Of a DNA stretch of 39,446 nucleotides, positions 11,601 to 21,890 are shown piece by piece. The number at the start of each line of letters is the position of its first letter. The first letter of the stretch is position 1. The DNA comes from Octopus bimaculoides (Eukaryota). The notes beneath the pieces were generated by a model. The model did not search any database and was not told the origin of the DNA. It worked only from the letters and a program-made list of their open reading frames with translations. Made by a program: the position numbers and the translations under genes. The stretch lies in the NCBI RefSeq assembly GCF_001194135.2, contig NC_068981.1:52316055-52355500 (forward strand), in the 5' to 3' direction.

Positions 11601-14600
11601 TGTTCTGCATCTCTCTCAATTTCGTTTGGCATTGTCTTTTGAGGTCTTGATATCTCACCTTCTTTTGCTGCAATCTTGGATTTTGCTCATGATAATGAAT
11701 AAGGCTTACCATATACATATAAATTAAAGTTTAGACCAGGCATGGGTAACTTTTCAAGAAGCAGGCTGCATGAGACAAGGTTCATCATCAGGCAGACTGC
11801 ATTACTAAGAAAGTTAAAGGTAAATTTTTCGTTAGGCTTACCATTCTGAAGGTCCCCTGGACCGTCGATTACCCATGACTGGTTTGGGACTTATCTCGAC
11901 TATCAGTTGGTTAAAGGGAGATAACATTTTAATAACGCCTACACAAGATCATGTTGCTCTTATATACTTTATTCATAAACAATATAATCATTGAATCTAT
12001 ATGCTATCTCTTACATCTCAAAACTAAACTTAAGTCTATGAAACATTTCTGTTGTCATTTCCAATGTACTGCATGAAATAGTTAAAACTGAGAGCTGAAA
12101 ATATCTTACATGAATTGGTTTCCTTGTAGACTCGAGAGACTTCTGACATTAATTGGGTCTCTACAGTAGAAAGTAACACATCTAGGGAAAAAAAATTATT
12201 ATATTGTTAAGCTTTTAATGATTTCCAATAAACAAGACAAAGCAATGTAAAATAAATATATATATATCAAATTGACAGTTCAATAACGCTTAAATATTTT
12301 GCAAATAACTGCTAAAAATCAATATATATTTAGATTATTATTGTTAATAATGACTTCTTTACACAGAAAAAAAGCATCAAAATTCCTAAGGTAGCCAAAT
12401 TTTGTCTTATTCCATGAGTATGTATCTATCAAACACCTTGTAGAAGCAAAAATAACTGAGTCTTTAGGGTACTAGATAACCATCAAGGGTTGATAGTGTG
12501 TCTCCAGTTAACAATACTATGCTCTGTTAACAATCAAAACCTTGTAAAACACTCATGCAACTACATGAAGTTTTAGTCAGTCACTGCTTTTCACCAAATT
12601 ATTAAACCATTGAAAGAGTAGTATCTCTCAGCCATGTATTGGCTACATAATGAAACTCCAAATTTTCTTCTACAGAAATTAGCCAGAGCAAAGAATCAGG
12701 CTAACCGAAACTCTTGTTTCGGTTAGCCTCAGACGACATGCCTTAGTTGAACGAAACAACGGTTTGCTGTGTCTTGATTCCACCAGGTTACTGACAATGT
12801 ATGCTAATTTTCATTATTTTATTTCCATAACCATGGCCTATGCCAGTGCAGCATAACTGGCCCATTTAAGAGTACCCTTCAATCATTGGACAATAAACTG
12901 CGCTTGCAAAGACCTGTTGAGTCAAGTGAAGTTATTGTTGTGGCCGATGACAGTACTGCCTGATTGGCACCCATGCCAATGGCACGTAAAAGCAGGATTT
13001 GAGTGTGGTCGATGCCAGTGCCAACTGACTGGTCCTGTGCTGGTGGCGCATAAAAAGCACCATTCAAGCGTGATCATTGCCAGTGCTGCCTGACTGGCTC
13101 CCATGCCGGTGGCATGTAAAAAGCACCTTTCAAGCATGGTTAACGCCAGCACCGCCTGACTGACCCTCGTGCCGATGGCACATAAACAGCACCCACTACA
13201 CTTTTGGAGTGGTTGGCATTAGGAAGGGCATCCAGCTGTAGATACTTTGCCAGGTCAGATTGGAGCCTGGTGCAGCCTTCTGGCCTGCCAGTCCTCAGTC
13301 AAACCGTCCAACCCATGCCAGCATGGAAAGCGGATGTTAGACTATGATGATGATGATGATATATATATAAAATTGAACTTGAGGGTTCTGGAATTGAAAT
13401 GTAATATTTGAAAACAACTAATCTCCTAACTGTCTCCAATAAACTCTGCTGGAAGTAAAGCATAAGGGTGATAATAACAATAAAGGCCATGGTTACGGGA
13501 ATAAAATAATGAAATTTGCAAGACATACTTTTATGACATAAATCCAAAATACAGAATTTGTGATTTTAAAATGTCACCTTTTTTGTCGTAGGTAATGAGA
13601 TGTTATGATGACTTTAAATATATCAACTAGTACTGCTTTGACTGGCTTCCATGCCAGTGGCACATAAAAAGCACCATCCGATTATGGTTGATGCCAGCTC
13701 CTCTGGCCCCTGTGCAGGTGGCACGTAAAAAGCACCCACTACACTTTGGAGTGGTTGGCGTTAGGAAGGGCATCCAGCTGTAGAAACACTGCCAGATCAG
13801 ATTGGGGCCTGGTGCAGCCTCCTGGCTTCCCAGACCCCAGTCGAACCATCCAACCCATGGAAAAAGGACGTTAAACGATGATGATGATATTATGAAGTGT
13901 GTAATCATTTTTGTGTAGGCCCAGGTCAGCTCTGATTATGTCAAGAGTTGACTGAACAAGATTTGAAACAGGCCTGTTATTACAGTTTATACTAGGTCTC
14001 CGCCACACCTGACACACTGTGAGGAATTGCATACAGTACAACAGTGTGACATTCTCAACATGTTGCACTTTCTACACCGTTCAATCTATATCTATACTCT
14101 CATAGATTCTGGTGACAGCCACAGTAAAAGTGGACAAGATGAACTTGATCTGAATGAAACATTTGCTGTTCCTCTACATATCTTACAGGTGATGTGCATC
14201 CCAGCACAATATTTGGAGCTAATGATGCAATTGATGATGCGACTATTTCTGAGTGTACGGGGTTTTTTTTTTTACGTTTGTCTAAGCTGAGTAGAAACGA
14301 TAGTGTTTTTAGGATGCTGCTGTAGTAGTGCTCTGAGGTGTTGTATAGGTGTCCGGGCGTTTAAGAGTGATTTTTCTATATAGTGACAGCAACTGCGAGA
14401 AAATATGCTTGCTATGGCAACAAACTGTGACCCTTGCATGTCAAAATGATCGTTATTTTTAATGAATTTGTTTTTGCTGTTCCGTTTGCAGCGCTTGATG
14501 ATGCGTAGTGCAGTTTTCTGCACTCCCAAGTTTGCTTATGGTCCCAAACAGGGATAGCATAATCCATGATGGATCTAATGTTCATACACAACTGTTATTG

Positions 14601-15156
14601 ATTCCTTCTTTTAAATAGGGTACTTGCGAGTAATTTAAATGAGTTCGTAACTTGTTTTGCTTAAGCAGTGTAGTAATATTATTTTGCGAAAATTTTACAC
14701 ATTCTCTCTCTCTTTCTCTCTCTTCTTTTGCGTAAAAAGCAAATGAACATCGAAATAAATCATCGCAAAATGATATATAGAAATATTACTCCCTGGCGTG
14801 CGAAAATAAACATTTGCGTTCACATAAAAGAAAACACAGTTCATACAATGTAGAATGATGAAGCAACAAGAATGGAGAAAGAATTTGTCGAAAGTTTGTA
14901 GATAAAGGCAAATAAGTCGTAACGGGAAAAAATAGCTATTACTTTATACTAAATATTTGTGTTGTGATTTGAAAGTGAAACAGCTGAAATTTTGACTTAA
15001 GATCATCAAATGAGAGAAAACAGAGATGGTTAATTTTCGACGGGAAATATAAGACATTTTCGTCTTATTTAAATATTTACAATGTCATTATATTCAGTAA
15101 TTCAAATGACTAACGAAATAAACAATTCCATAACAGTTCATCTTACCGTGTCGCAT
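4432..15156 (-). CDS. ZSWIM7: ZSWIM7/SWS1 homolog (Shu complex, homologous recombination); full spliced CDS, 7 exons: join(15156..15147,12181..12110,10233..10212,9203..9101,7181..7103,5723..5698,4536..4432)
   Basis: Exon lengths 10+72+22+103+79+26+105=417 nt, all GT-AG with matching phases. Translation: MRHDVLLSTVETQLMSEVSRVYKETNSLSDELLSALQFIYQTSLMPALDIIDRKAVTLLECPSKRQLYTVMGTSGIVYICFPDSKYCSCPAYNYSVLLKDDHIMCKHILAIKLSNAMNVTVRRNISDKEMRATLLHME*. SWIM motif C-S-C...C-K-H; the ALDxxDR and YCSCPA blocks match vertebrate ZSWIM7 as I recall it. Confidence 0.93.
4960..5230 (-). mobile_element. Degenerate SINE 3' half with RTE-like (GAT)n tail and internal CA/TG tract
   Basis: Shares acactcatttacaact, tgtttccaag and ggtcagacg blocks with 10333-10640. 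Confidence 0.6.
5698..5723 (-). CDS. ZSWIM7: ZSWIM7 coding exon 6, 26-nt microexon: (V)LLKDDHIM
   Basis: gtttcag|tccttttgaaagatgaccacattatg|gtaagt; bridges the phase-1 donor of exon 5 and the phase-0 acceptor of exon 7 and restores SWIM spacing. Confidence 0.9.
7103..7181 (-). CDS. ZSWIM7: ZSWIM7 coding exon 5: VMGTSGIVYICFPDSKYCSCPAYNYS
   Basis: tgtgcag|gtaatg ... tcag|gtaaag; 79 nt; contains CSC. Confidence 0.93.
7930..8360 (+). mobile_element. Degenerate tRNA-headed SINE with central (TG)n tract and (GAT)n tail
   Basis: tRNA-like head (gtggttaag...ttcaagtttagtcc), then a core, a TG microsatellite and an RTE-like tail. Confidence 0.6.
8452..8650 (+). mobile_element. RTE-type 3' end retroposon spanning a small gap
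   Basis: gtggcacataaaagacacc subunit, then ccatgctagcatggaaagcggacgttaaac(gat)n. Confidence 0.75.
9101..9203 (-). CDS. ZSWIM7: ZSWIM7 coding exon 4: LQFIYQTSLMPALDIIDRKAVTLLECPSKRQLYT
   Basis: ttattctag|g ... aca|gtacgt; 103 nt. Confidence 0.93.
9388..9530 (+). mobile_element. Degenerate RTE-type 3' end retroposon
   Basis: gagtggttggtgttaagaggggcatccagc...ccatgccagcatggaaa...ttaaatgatg. Confidence 0.7.
9952..10157 (+). mobile_element. tRNA-derived SINE (ggcgagctggcagaa / gagttcaaatt family)
   Basis: A-box-like tggcagaattg, B-box-like gagttcaaatt, body gactttgcctttcat...aagtaccagttg; related copies at 25327, 28787, 18035 and 27661. Confidence 0.85.
10212..10233 (-). CDS. ZSWIM7: ZSWIM7 coding exon 3, 22-nt microexon: (L)SDELLS(A)
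   Basis: atttcag|tgtctgatgaattgttatccgc|gtgagt; phase 1 in, phase 2 out, as required by the flanking exons; resembles vertebrate (I)PDEYLL(S). Confidence 0.9.
10333..10640 (-). mobile_element. Degenerate SINE 3' half with RTE-like tail
   Basis: atcatc...ttaacatccgcttttccatgcttgcat tail; homologous to 4960-5230. Confidence 0.6.
11130..11700 (-). mobile_element. Degenerate RTE-clade LINE ORF fragment (region between endonuclease and RT)
   Basis: KLREMQNNWWQQKAIELQGYADTCDLRHFYARTKELFGP fits the WWxxKAxExQxxAD...FY...GP pattern of RTE ORFs; frameshifts and stops further on. Confidence 0.75.
11737..11881. mobile_element. hAT-like MITE, 145 bp
   Basis: TIRs CAGGCATGGGTAA / reverse complement CAGTCATGGGTAA; flanks gtttagac / gtttggga form a degenerate 8-bp TSD. 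Confidence 0.6.
12110..12181 (-). CDS. ZSWIM7: ZSWIM7 coding exon 2: (D)VLLSTVETQLMSEVSRVYKETNS
   Basis: ttttttccctag|at ... t|gtaaga; 72 nt; resembles the vertebrate N-terminal helix VLPAVVEELLSEM. Confidence 0.85.
12890..13358 (+). mobile_element. RTE-type 3' end retroposon with four ~65-bp internal tandem units
   Basis: ggcacgtaaaagcacc-type motif at 12981, 13045, 13111 and 13177, then the conserved tail and (GAT)n. Confidence 0.8.
13630..13888 (+). mobile_element. RTE-type 3' end retroposon
   Basis: Same family tail ending aaacgatgatgatgat. Confidence 0.8.
15147..15156 (-). CDS. ZSWIM7: ZSWIM7 coding part of exon 1: ATG CGA CAC G
   Basis: ATG 10 nt upstream of a g|gtaaga donor whose phase fits exon 2; CpG-containing putative 5' UTR/promoter just upstream. 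An in-frame ATG in exon 2 is an alternative start. Confidence 0.65.
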
Positions 15157-16481
15157 GCCTTATGATTTGGGACTCAAGTTTTTAAAGAAACTATTTGAAT
15201 ATCCTAAGTAAATAAACTCAATTCTCGCGCGATTCCTCGCACTTGTAACCAATGAGATACAAAAGCTAAAAAGGGAGACAACTTTAGAAGTCGATCCCTA
15301 AAAAACGAAGAACAAACGCAAGAAAAAAACAACACAAGGACGTGGTACATGTAAAGATAATTATTATTATTATCTTTATCTTATGATATTTACTTTGTAT
15401 TATATTATACTTATTTATTGTGCTTTTACTTATTAATTTTTCTATATGTGACAGTGGATTTTCATCGATGAGTTCATGAACCTTGGTTCTTTTCCCTAAA
15501 ACTATATATTTATATATATCTAATACTGTAAAACTGAATTTAATTTTAATTTTTAATAAACTGATTTTAATTGAGTTTTTACCTGTAATTTTATATATAT
15601 ATATATATTTCCTGTTACACTAAGAAGCAATATACAGTACCAGATTTTTCAGCTTTAGTCAAATATAACTACTCCAAATTGATGTCAGAGTATCTGCATA
15701 AGTAATGTCTAGACCAGTTAGTTTGTATTGGCATCACATCATATAAGTTATAGTAATGAAGTCAAACCAATAAGTGATACTTTGAAATCAGTTAATGATT
15801 TCAAAATATCACTATTTGGTTTGACTTCGTTATTACAACTTATATTTATGTTTCTGCCTCAATCAAAGCTATCAGTATATTTTTTATTACCCACAAGGGG
15901 CGACATAGAGGGGACGATACAGCCTGATTTGGGGTCAGATGAAAACGGATGAATTAACAGAAACATGCATTTAAAAATTTTACAATGAAATCGAAATAAA
16001 ATCGGATGATGAGACAGACCGGAAGATATTACGGATGGAGTGGTAAGGCGGGTTTAGCACGGACCCCACATGCCCCGCCTCGCAATCAAAGTCATCAGTA
16101 CAACAGTTGTCCAGAATGAGATAGTTAGACATATTTATAAACATGTAGAACATATGCATGACTTTGGTAATTTGCATAAAAATGAACGTAAAGAAATATT
16201 TCAGAGTGAGCCAATGGCCTGTATTTGAAAAAAAAACTAAGAAGGGTGTACTAAATACCATACAAAATAAAATCTTTGATTTACTGAAATTATCTCTGTT
16301 TTCAGAGAAAATAGAAAAAGTGCCTGGTGGTAATTGAAACCAACTCCAAATGAGAACAGGAGATAATCTCAAAAATCATGAATTCTCCAAAATTGACATG
16401 CTTTTGATTGTCTAGAGAAAAAAAGACAGCTGTATATAGTTTCTGCTTTGTTGAGTAATAATCAACTCAACAGTAGCCCTA

Positions 16482-16512
<31 letters not shown>

Positions 16513-17419
16513 AAGAGTGAGCAATATATATATCTGCAATAAACCAGTGCATTGAATCAAAACAATACCATGTGATGATATTTATTCCTCCTAAATTATA
16601 CAGAAACTCACATGTCACTCTCTTATTTGCAAATATAGTGACGTTATGATCAGCCCAATGAACACTTGCAATCAACGAAGCTATTATATGATATTAAAAA
16701 ATAGGTGTTTTTATGTCATTTCAAGAGTTCTGTTTAGTGACTCAAGATAATAGCTGAAATATGCTAGTGGTTCTCCTATGAACATGAATAAAATAAGTTT
16801 ATCTACAGAGCCACCAAAAGAATCTTAAAAACTCTTAGCACCAAATACATATAACTAAATCGCTATTTGACCTACAATGGAAGTTATTGACCTACATTGT
16901 ACGCTATTAACCCACAAGCGATAGTTATATACTTAGAAATAAAGCAAGATAGAAATTATCATGCATACTGATATCAATATAGTTATGAAGCCTCAAACAC
17001 AAACACTAATCTAAATTAGAGTAGAGATTTTAATTACATTCACTTCTAAAAGTGAAGGATATGACTTAAAATCCTATGCACTTAACCACTTAACTCCATT
17101 GTAAGGAAATGAAGTGTGAGTACACATGCATAGACACACAGCCACACACACGTGTACATACATGTGTGCGTGCGTGCATGTGTGTGTATGTATATATATG
17201 TATATATACATATATATAGATACCCCAAAATGTGCACTGGAATATGTAACATGTCACCAAAAGGTTTGAACACAGTAGATATGTTCCACACTCCACTCCT
17301 ATGTTCCATGTAACTTAACAACAACTTTCATAACACCACTGAGCAAATGCCATTATATATTGTAGTGATCCAGCCACTGAAGATAAGACCAAAGCTGGCA
17401 GCTTTCAGGACTGATCAGT

Positions 17420-18010
17420 CCTGTCAAATGCCTTGGACTGCTCCAAGTTGATCAGTGCCCCTCTAAAGCTAGATCTATCCTTAACCCATTCTACAATATA
17501 TTGCATGAGGTGGGGGGTTGTCATGGATAGATCTGCAGGGGACTGCACAGGTTTGTGCATCCCCAACTACACTACTGACAACAAGTGCCAGCCTCATGAT
17601 GAGCACTTTAGCTGAATTCTTTAACTCAGTGTTGAGTAGAGTTATGGCCCTAAAGTTTTCCATCACATTCCCCTTTTTTGAATCCTTCCTCAACAGAGTC
17701 ACCACTCCTGGCTCACATAACTAGGAATGCTCCCAGTCTGTTGTCAGGTGTAGTAGATGGCTGCCAAAACTGAAGCAAACAAGCCAGACATGTGGAAATA
17801 TAGGGCAGAACATTCAATCTTGGTGATTTGTGTCCCACACTGTGGCTCAGTACATCTGCCACTTCTTTCACTGAAATTAGCTTCTCACAATACTCAATCT
17901 CTCTGTTTGAAAAGCACAGCATGCCATTGAGGTAGGCCTCAAAGCTCTCTGTCTCAAGTATACTACTCCTCGAAAAGAAGTTGGCAAAGTGCTGCCAAAA
18001 CACCACACCC
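17420..18010 (-). mobile_element. Degenerate Tx1/L1-clade LINE reverse transcriptase fragment
   Basis: TLLRKDSKKGNVMENFRAITLLNTELKNSAKVLIMRL..VVSSVVGDAQTCAVPCRSIHDN, preceded by I.VKEV......KSP.LN.LPY. Confidence 0.85.
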
Positions 18011-18034
18011 ATCTGTTTAATTCTTACTGCTGTA

Positions 18035-18202
18035 GGCGCAAGTCCTGAAATTTGGCAGGAGGGAGCCAGTCAATTACACAACCCAGATTCTTGACTGGTA
18101 CTGATTTTATCAACCCTAAAAGGATGAAAGGCAAAGTCAGCCTAGGTGAAATTTGAACACAGAACACAAGGATAGATGAAATGCCGTTCAGCATTTCGCC
18201 TG
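18035..18202 (-). mobile_element. Partial SINE (gagttcaaatt family)
   Basis: Plus strand reads ctggtactgattttatcaaccctaaaaggatgaaaggcaaagtc...gaaatttgaac. Confidence 0.7.
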
Positions 18203-18539
18203 NNNNNNNNNNNNNNNNNNNNNNNNNNNNNNNNNNNNNNNNNNNNNNNNNNNNNNNNNNNNNNNNNNNNNNNNNNNNNNNNNNNNNNNNNNNNNNNNNN
18301 NNNNNNNNNNNNNNNNNNNNNNNNNNNNNNNNNNNNNNNNNNNNNNNNNNNNNNNNNNNNNNNNNNNNNNNNNNNNNNNNNNNNNNNNNNNNNNNNNNNN
18401 NNNNNNNNNNNNNNNNNNNNNNNNNNNNNNNNNNNNNNNCAGAACACAAGGATAGATGAAATGCCGTTCAGCATTTCGCCTGACATGCTAATAATTCTGC
18501 CAGCTTGCTGCCTTAGTAATGATGATGATGATGATGATG

Positions 18540-18830
18540 GACTCTCCTGTCAAACACAACATATGAGTGTTCAGCTTTTGCCAAACGACCTGCACAAATG
18601 ATTGGTTTATAATGATTAACTGTATATGTGCTGTATATTAGCTCACTGACTCCATCAAATTAACATGGCCTGAACAGGTGCACAGTGTACCATGCATCAG
18701 GTGTTGAAATGATTGCAGAGCACTGTAAGATGAAGTGTTTTGCTCAAGAACATAATTCAACACCCAGTCTAGGAATTGAAATCACAATCTTGTGATCATG
18801 AGTGCAACACCCCAGTCACGAGGCCATGCA
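18540..18830 (-). mobile_element. Old tRNA-headed SINE with CORE/V-like ttcttgagcaaaacactt block
   Basis: Minus strand tggcctcgtg...gatttcaattcctagactggg...tgttcttgagcaaaacacttcatc; heavily diverged. Confidence 0.5.
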
Positions 18831-18927
18831 TATGTATGTGTGTGTATTTTAGGTTTTCTTTCTGTTTGGTTGCTATACTAGGATTTAATGTTATTTTTAA
18901 ACAGTATTAAGCTAGATATCATCTTCA

Positions 18928-19030
18928 CCATCATTATCATCATTTAACGTCTGCTTTCCATGCTGGCATGGGTTGGATGGTTTAACTGAAAACTGGTAAG
19001 CTGGTGGAGGAGGGGCTGCACCAAGTTCTG
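18928..19030 (-). mobile_element. RTE-type 3' end retroposon (short)
   Basis: catcatttaacgtctgctttccatgctggcatgggttggatgg. Confidence 0.75.
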
Positions 19031-19349
19031 ATCTGAAGGTTTCTCACTTGGCTTGACAGGTCTACACAAGCATGGTATATCACCAAAGGTCTTGATATAT
19101 AAATAGTAAACACAAAATAAAATAAACAAGAGCACAAACTTCTGCCAAGGCAACACCAACGTCCTCTCAACGATTAGCTGGAGATGATTTTTAAAATGAG
19201 AATATCTGAAATAAACTTGACTGCCCTCACAAATGAGAATACTAAAAATGAACCCAACTATTCTCAAACATTAAGTAAAAAAACTGGAAAAATAATCCAG
19301 AAACCTTGTCTGGTACCTGATCAATCCCAATGGTAGTCATGGAATGTGA

Positions 19350-19600
19350 AAGTGGGTGTGTGGGTCATGTTTGTAATGTTGTGTGTGTGTTGTCTGCAGT
19401 GGGAACAGGGACAGTATCCTCTATAAAGGACTTTTTTAGTCTATCCACTGATATAATGTCTTTACAACCATTAAGGTCTATAGTGAAAAATTTATCTCTG
19501 CATGAAAGAAAACAGAAAGGACCTGCATACGGTGCTGTTAACAGAGGTTTAACAACATCGTTGCACACAAAAACATGAGTCCAAGAAGTAAAGCTTCCTT
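19350..19600 (-). mobile_element. Gypsy integrase C-terminal (GPY/F) fragment
   Basis: KPLLTAPYAGPFCFLSCRDKFFTIDLNGCKDIISVDRLKKSF matches the PYxGPF.V..R..K.F.I...G....VS.DRLK pattern. Confidence 0.85.
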
Positions 19601-19695
19601 CAAGGCAGAGCTAAAAATACAATTGTCAAGTAGGTAAGAAGTTTTAGACAGAAGTGATATATTCAAAATTGGTAAAACTAAAAACTGTCAAGGAT

Positions 19696-20082
19696 TGTTG
19701 TTGGCACTCCATTGCTTACAACGTCGAGGGTTCCAGTTGATCCGATCAACGGAACAGCCTGCTCGTGAAATTAACATGCAAGTGGCTGAGCACTCCACAG
19801 ACATGTGTACTCTTAACGTAGTTCTCAGAGATATTCAGCGCAACACAGTGTAACAAGGTTGACCCTTTGAATTACAGGCACAACAGAAACAGGAAGTAAG
19901 TAAGAGTGAGAGAAAGTTGTGGTGAAAGAGTACAGCAGGATTCGCCACCATCCCCTGCCGGAGCCTCGTGGAGCTTTAGGTGTTTTCACTCAATAAGCAC
20001 TCACAACGCCCGGTCTGGTAATCGAAACCGCGATCCTATGGCCACGAGTCTGCTGCCCTAACCACTGGGCCATTGCACCTCC
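19696..20082 (-). mobile_element. Full-length tRNA-derived SINE (387 bp) with 12-bp TSD
   Basis: Head ggaggtgcaatggcccagtggttagggcag...ggtttcgattacc, (CAA)n tail; direct repeat actgtcaaggat at 19684-19695 and 20083-20094. Confidence 0.92.
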
Positions 20083-20344
20083 ACTGTCAAGGATAAATTA
20101 AGTTTATTATTATTACTGAATATGTTAGTGCTATTTAACTTCTGAACAGTTTTGCTGCCATTTGTTTATGCAGTTTGATTTCTTTATCCATCAGTTTCTA
20201 CTAAGATAGAAACATGATTAAAATTAATAATAAAGAAACAAAAATAAAACTTTGGAAACAGCAATGCTGCCATAACTTATGTGGAAACCATGAGCGTGCT
20301 TTCAAGGGAGATAATCAGAGAAAGACTTGAAAGGCAACGTATGA

Positions 20345-20575
20345 TCATAATACTTCATGTAAAGTAAAGAAAATATAACAAATAATCCAGAATCCTTGTC
20401 GGGTACCATATCGATCCCAAAATCTAATCAGTTCGTACCAGTGACAAAGCCAAATATCCCTAAAAGTTTCATCTGAATCCATCCAGTGGTTCTTGAGATA
20501 TCTTGTCCATGGAAAACAAACAAACAAACACGACTGAAAACAATGCCTCTGCCTTCGCTAAGGCAGAGGTAATAA
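20345..20575 (-). mobile_element. Helentron-associated non-autonomous element (HINE/DINE-1-like)
   Basis: Minus strand begins ttattacctctgccttagcgaaggcagagg (10-bp stem 20546-20569), then (GTTT)n, then a ggatggattcagatgaaactttt core; a second fragment lies at about 19285-19330. Confidence 0.7.
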
Positions 20576-20739
20576 ATATACAAGCATACAATTAAAAGAT
20601 GATCCCAGATACTGTGGATAGTGAATATTGTCAGTTAGCTTACAGTATATATATTGTTGATGTCAAACGTTTTTTGCCCAGTACATTGATTACCATTTCT
20701 TTAATAATCCTGTTATTAGAGTATTGTAAGGTACGACTG

Positions 20740-20754
20740 ACGTCGGGGTCACCA
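20740..20754 (-). promoter_or_regulatory. Primer-binding site complementary to the 3' end of tRNA-Trp
   Basis: Plus strand acgtcggggtcacca equals the last 15 nt of eukaryotic tRNA-Trp(CCA) as I recall it; 2 nt from the LTR terminal CA. Confidence 0.85.
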
Positions 20755-21746
20755 ATTGTAAGGGACGACCGTGCGAACTCATAAAAGGAGATATGGTGAC
20801 GAATGGAAAAACAGAGGACTCCTTTTATTTAAACGTGTCACATGGTCGAACATACAATAGATATATCAATGGATGATATACGTGATATGTTATGCGACGA
20901 TAACATAGATGACCAGTAATGAAAGACCACAACCGTATTAGATGAATAACAGAGATATTTATTGTAGCGTTAAAGATGTATGTCTGTGTGAGAGTGTGAA
21001 TGCGACATATAAGAACATAATCAAAGACAGGCCGTCGTACAAAGAAAAGTGTGTATGTGAGTGATACATGTGTGAGTTATTACAGCAGATAGAAAGAGTC
21101 AGTAAATGACACGTGAGCAATTATACCAGTTCGTTANNNNNNNNNNNNNNNNNNNNNNNNNNNNNNNNNNNNNNNNNNNNNNNNNNNNNNNNNNNNNNNN
21201 NNNNNNNNNNNNNNNNNNNNNNNNNNNNNNNNNNNNNNNNNNNNNNNNNNNNNNNNNNNNNNNNNNNNNNNNNNNNNNNNNNNNNNNNNNNNNNNNNNNN
21301 NNNNNNNNNNNNNNNNNNNNNNNNNNNNNNNNNNNNNNNNNNNNNNNNNNNNNNNNNNNNNNNNNNNNNNNNNNNNNNNNNNNNNNNNNNNTGTTATACA
21401 GATGTTCGTCGCTGGCTGAGAATTTCTTGTCTGTTTAAGAACTCTTGTCTGTTTATTTACCGTGGTGAAGCTGAGTCACCTAACAGAATCGAAGAGGGAG
21501 ATGTGCCGCGGAGTTTGGTGTGGTGTACATAGTAAATCGTGTTGACGCTGGTAGCGTAGAGGCTGCTTGGTAGGTGCTGGTTAGTAGTCGTAGACTCTTG
21601 TTGCTGATATGGCGACGGCGGAGGTCATCGTGGCTGGGCAAAGCTGCTGAAGTGGTCGCTGGAACTGCTGCTGCTGTCGTGTGGTACACGGAACAGTTCT
21701 CAAAGAGAAACTGGACCGAGACAAATTATTGGGTATGAGTTAAAGC

Positions 21747-21890
21747 TATTTATAACAAACTATGGGCTCCCGAAGGCTTCAGAATTTTACTCTATCACGT
21801 GACCTTATTAGGGGCCGTGATTGGTCAGTTTGCGTTCTGGCGGGAACGGTTCGAAGAAGTTGCCGATTCGAATAATGATCAGTCACGTGA
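21747..21890 (-). promoter_or_regulatory. LTR U3 Pol II promoter motifs
   Basis: Minus strand TATAAATA (21754-21747), CCAAT (21824-21820) about 70 nt upstream, and two CACGTG E-boxes (about 21796 and 21884). Confidence 0.6.

Noticed and set aside
12690-12745. Possible hammerhead ribozyme
   Set aside because: GAAAC is present but no CUGAnGA core or three-stem junction was found by eye on either strand.
18160-18482. 43-bp exact direct repeat on both sides of a gap
   Set aside because: Most likely an unmerged contig overlap (false gap), not a TSD or tandem duplication.
19990-20082. tRNA-like sequences with A/B boxes (also 9952 and 25327)
   Set aside because: SINE heads followed by SINE bodies, tails and a TSD; no complete cloverleaf found.
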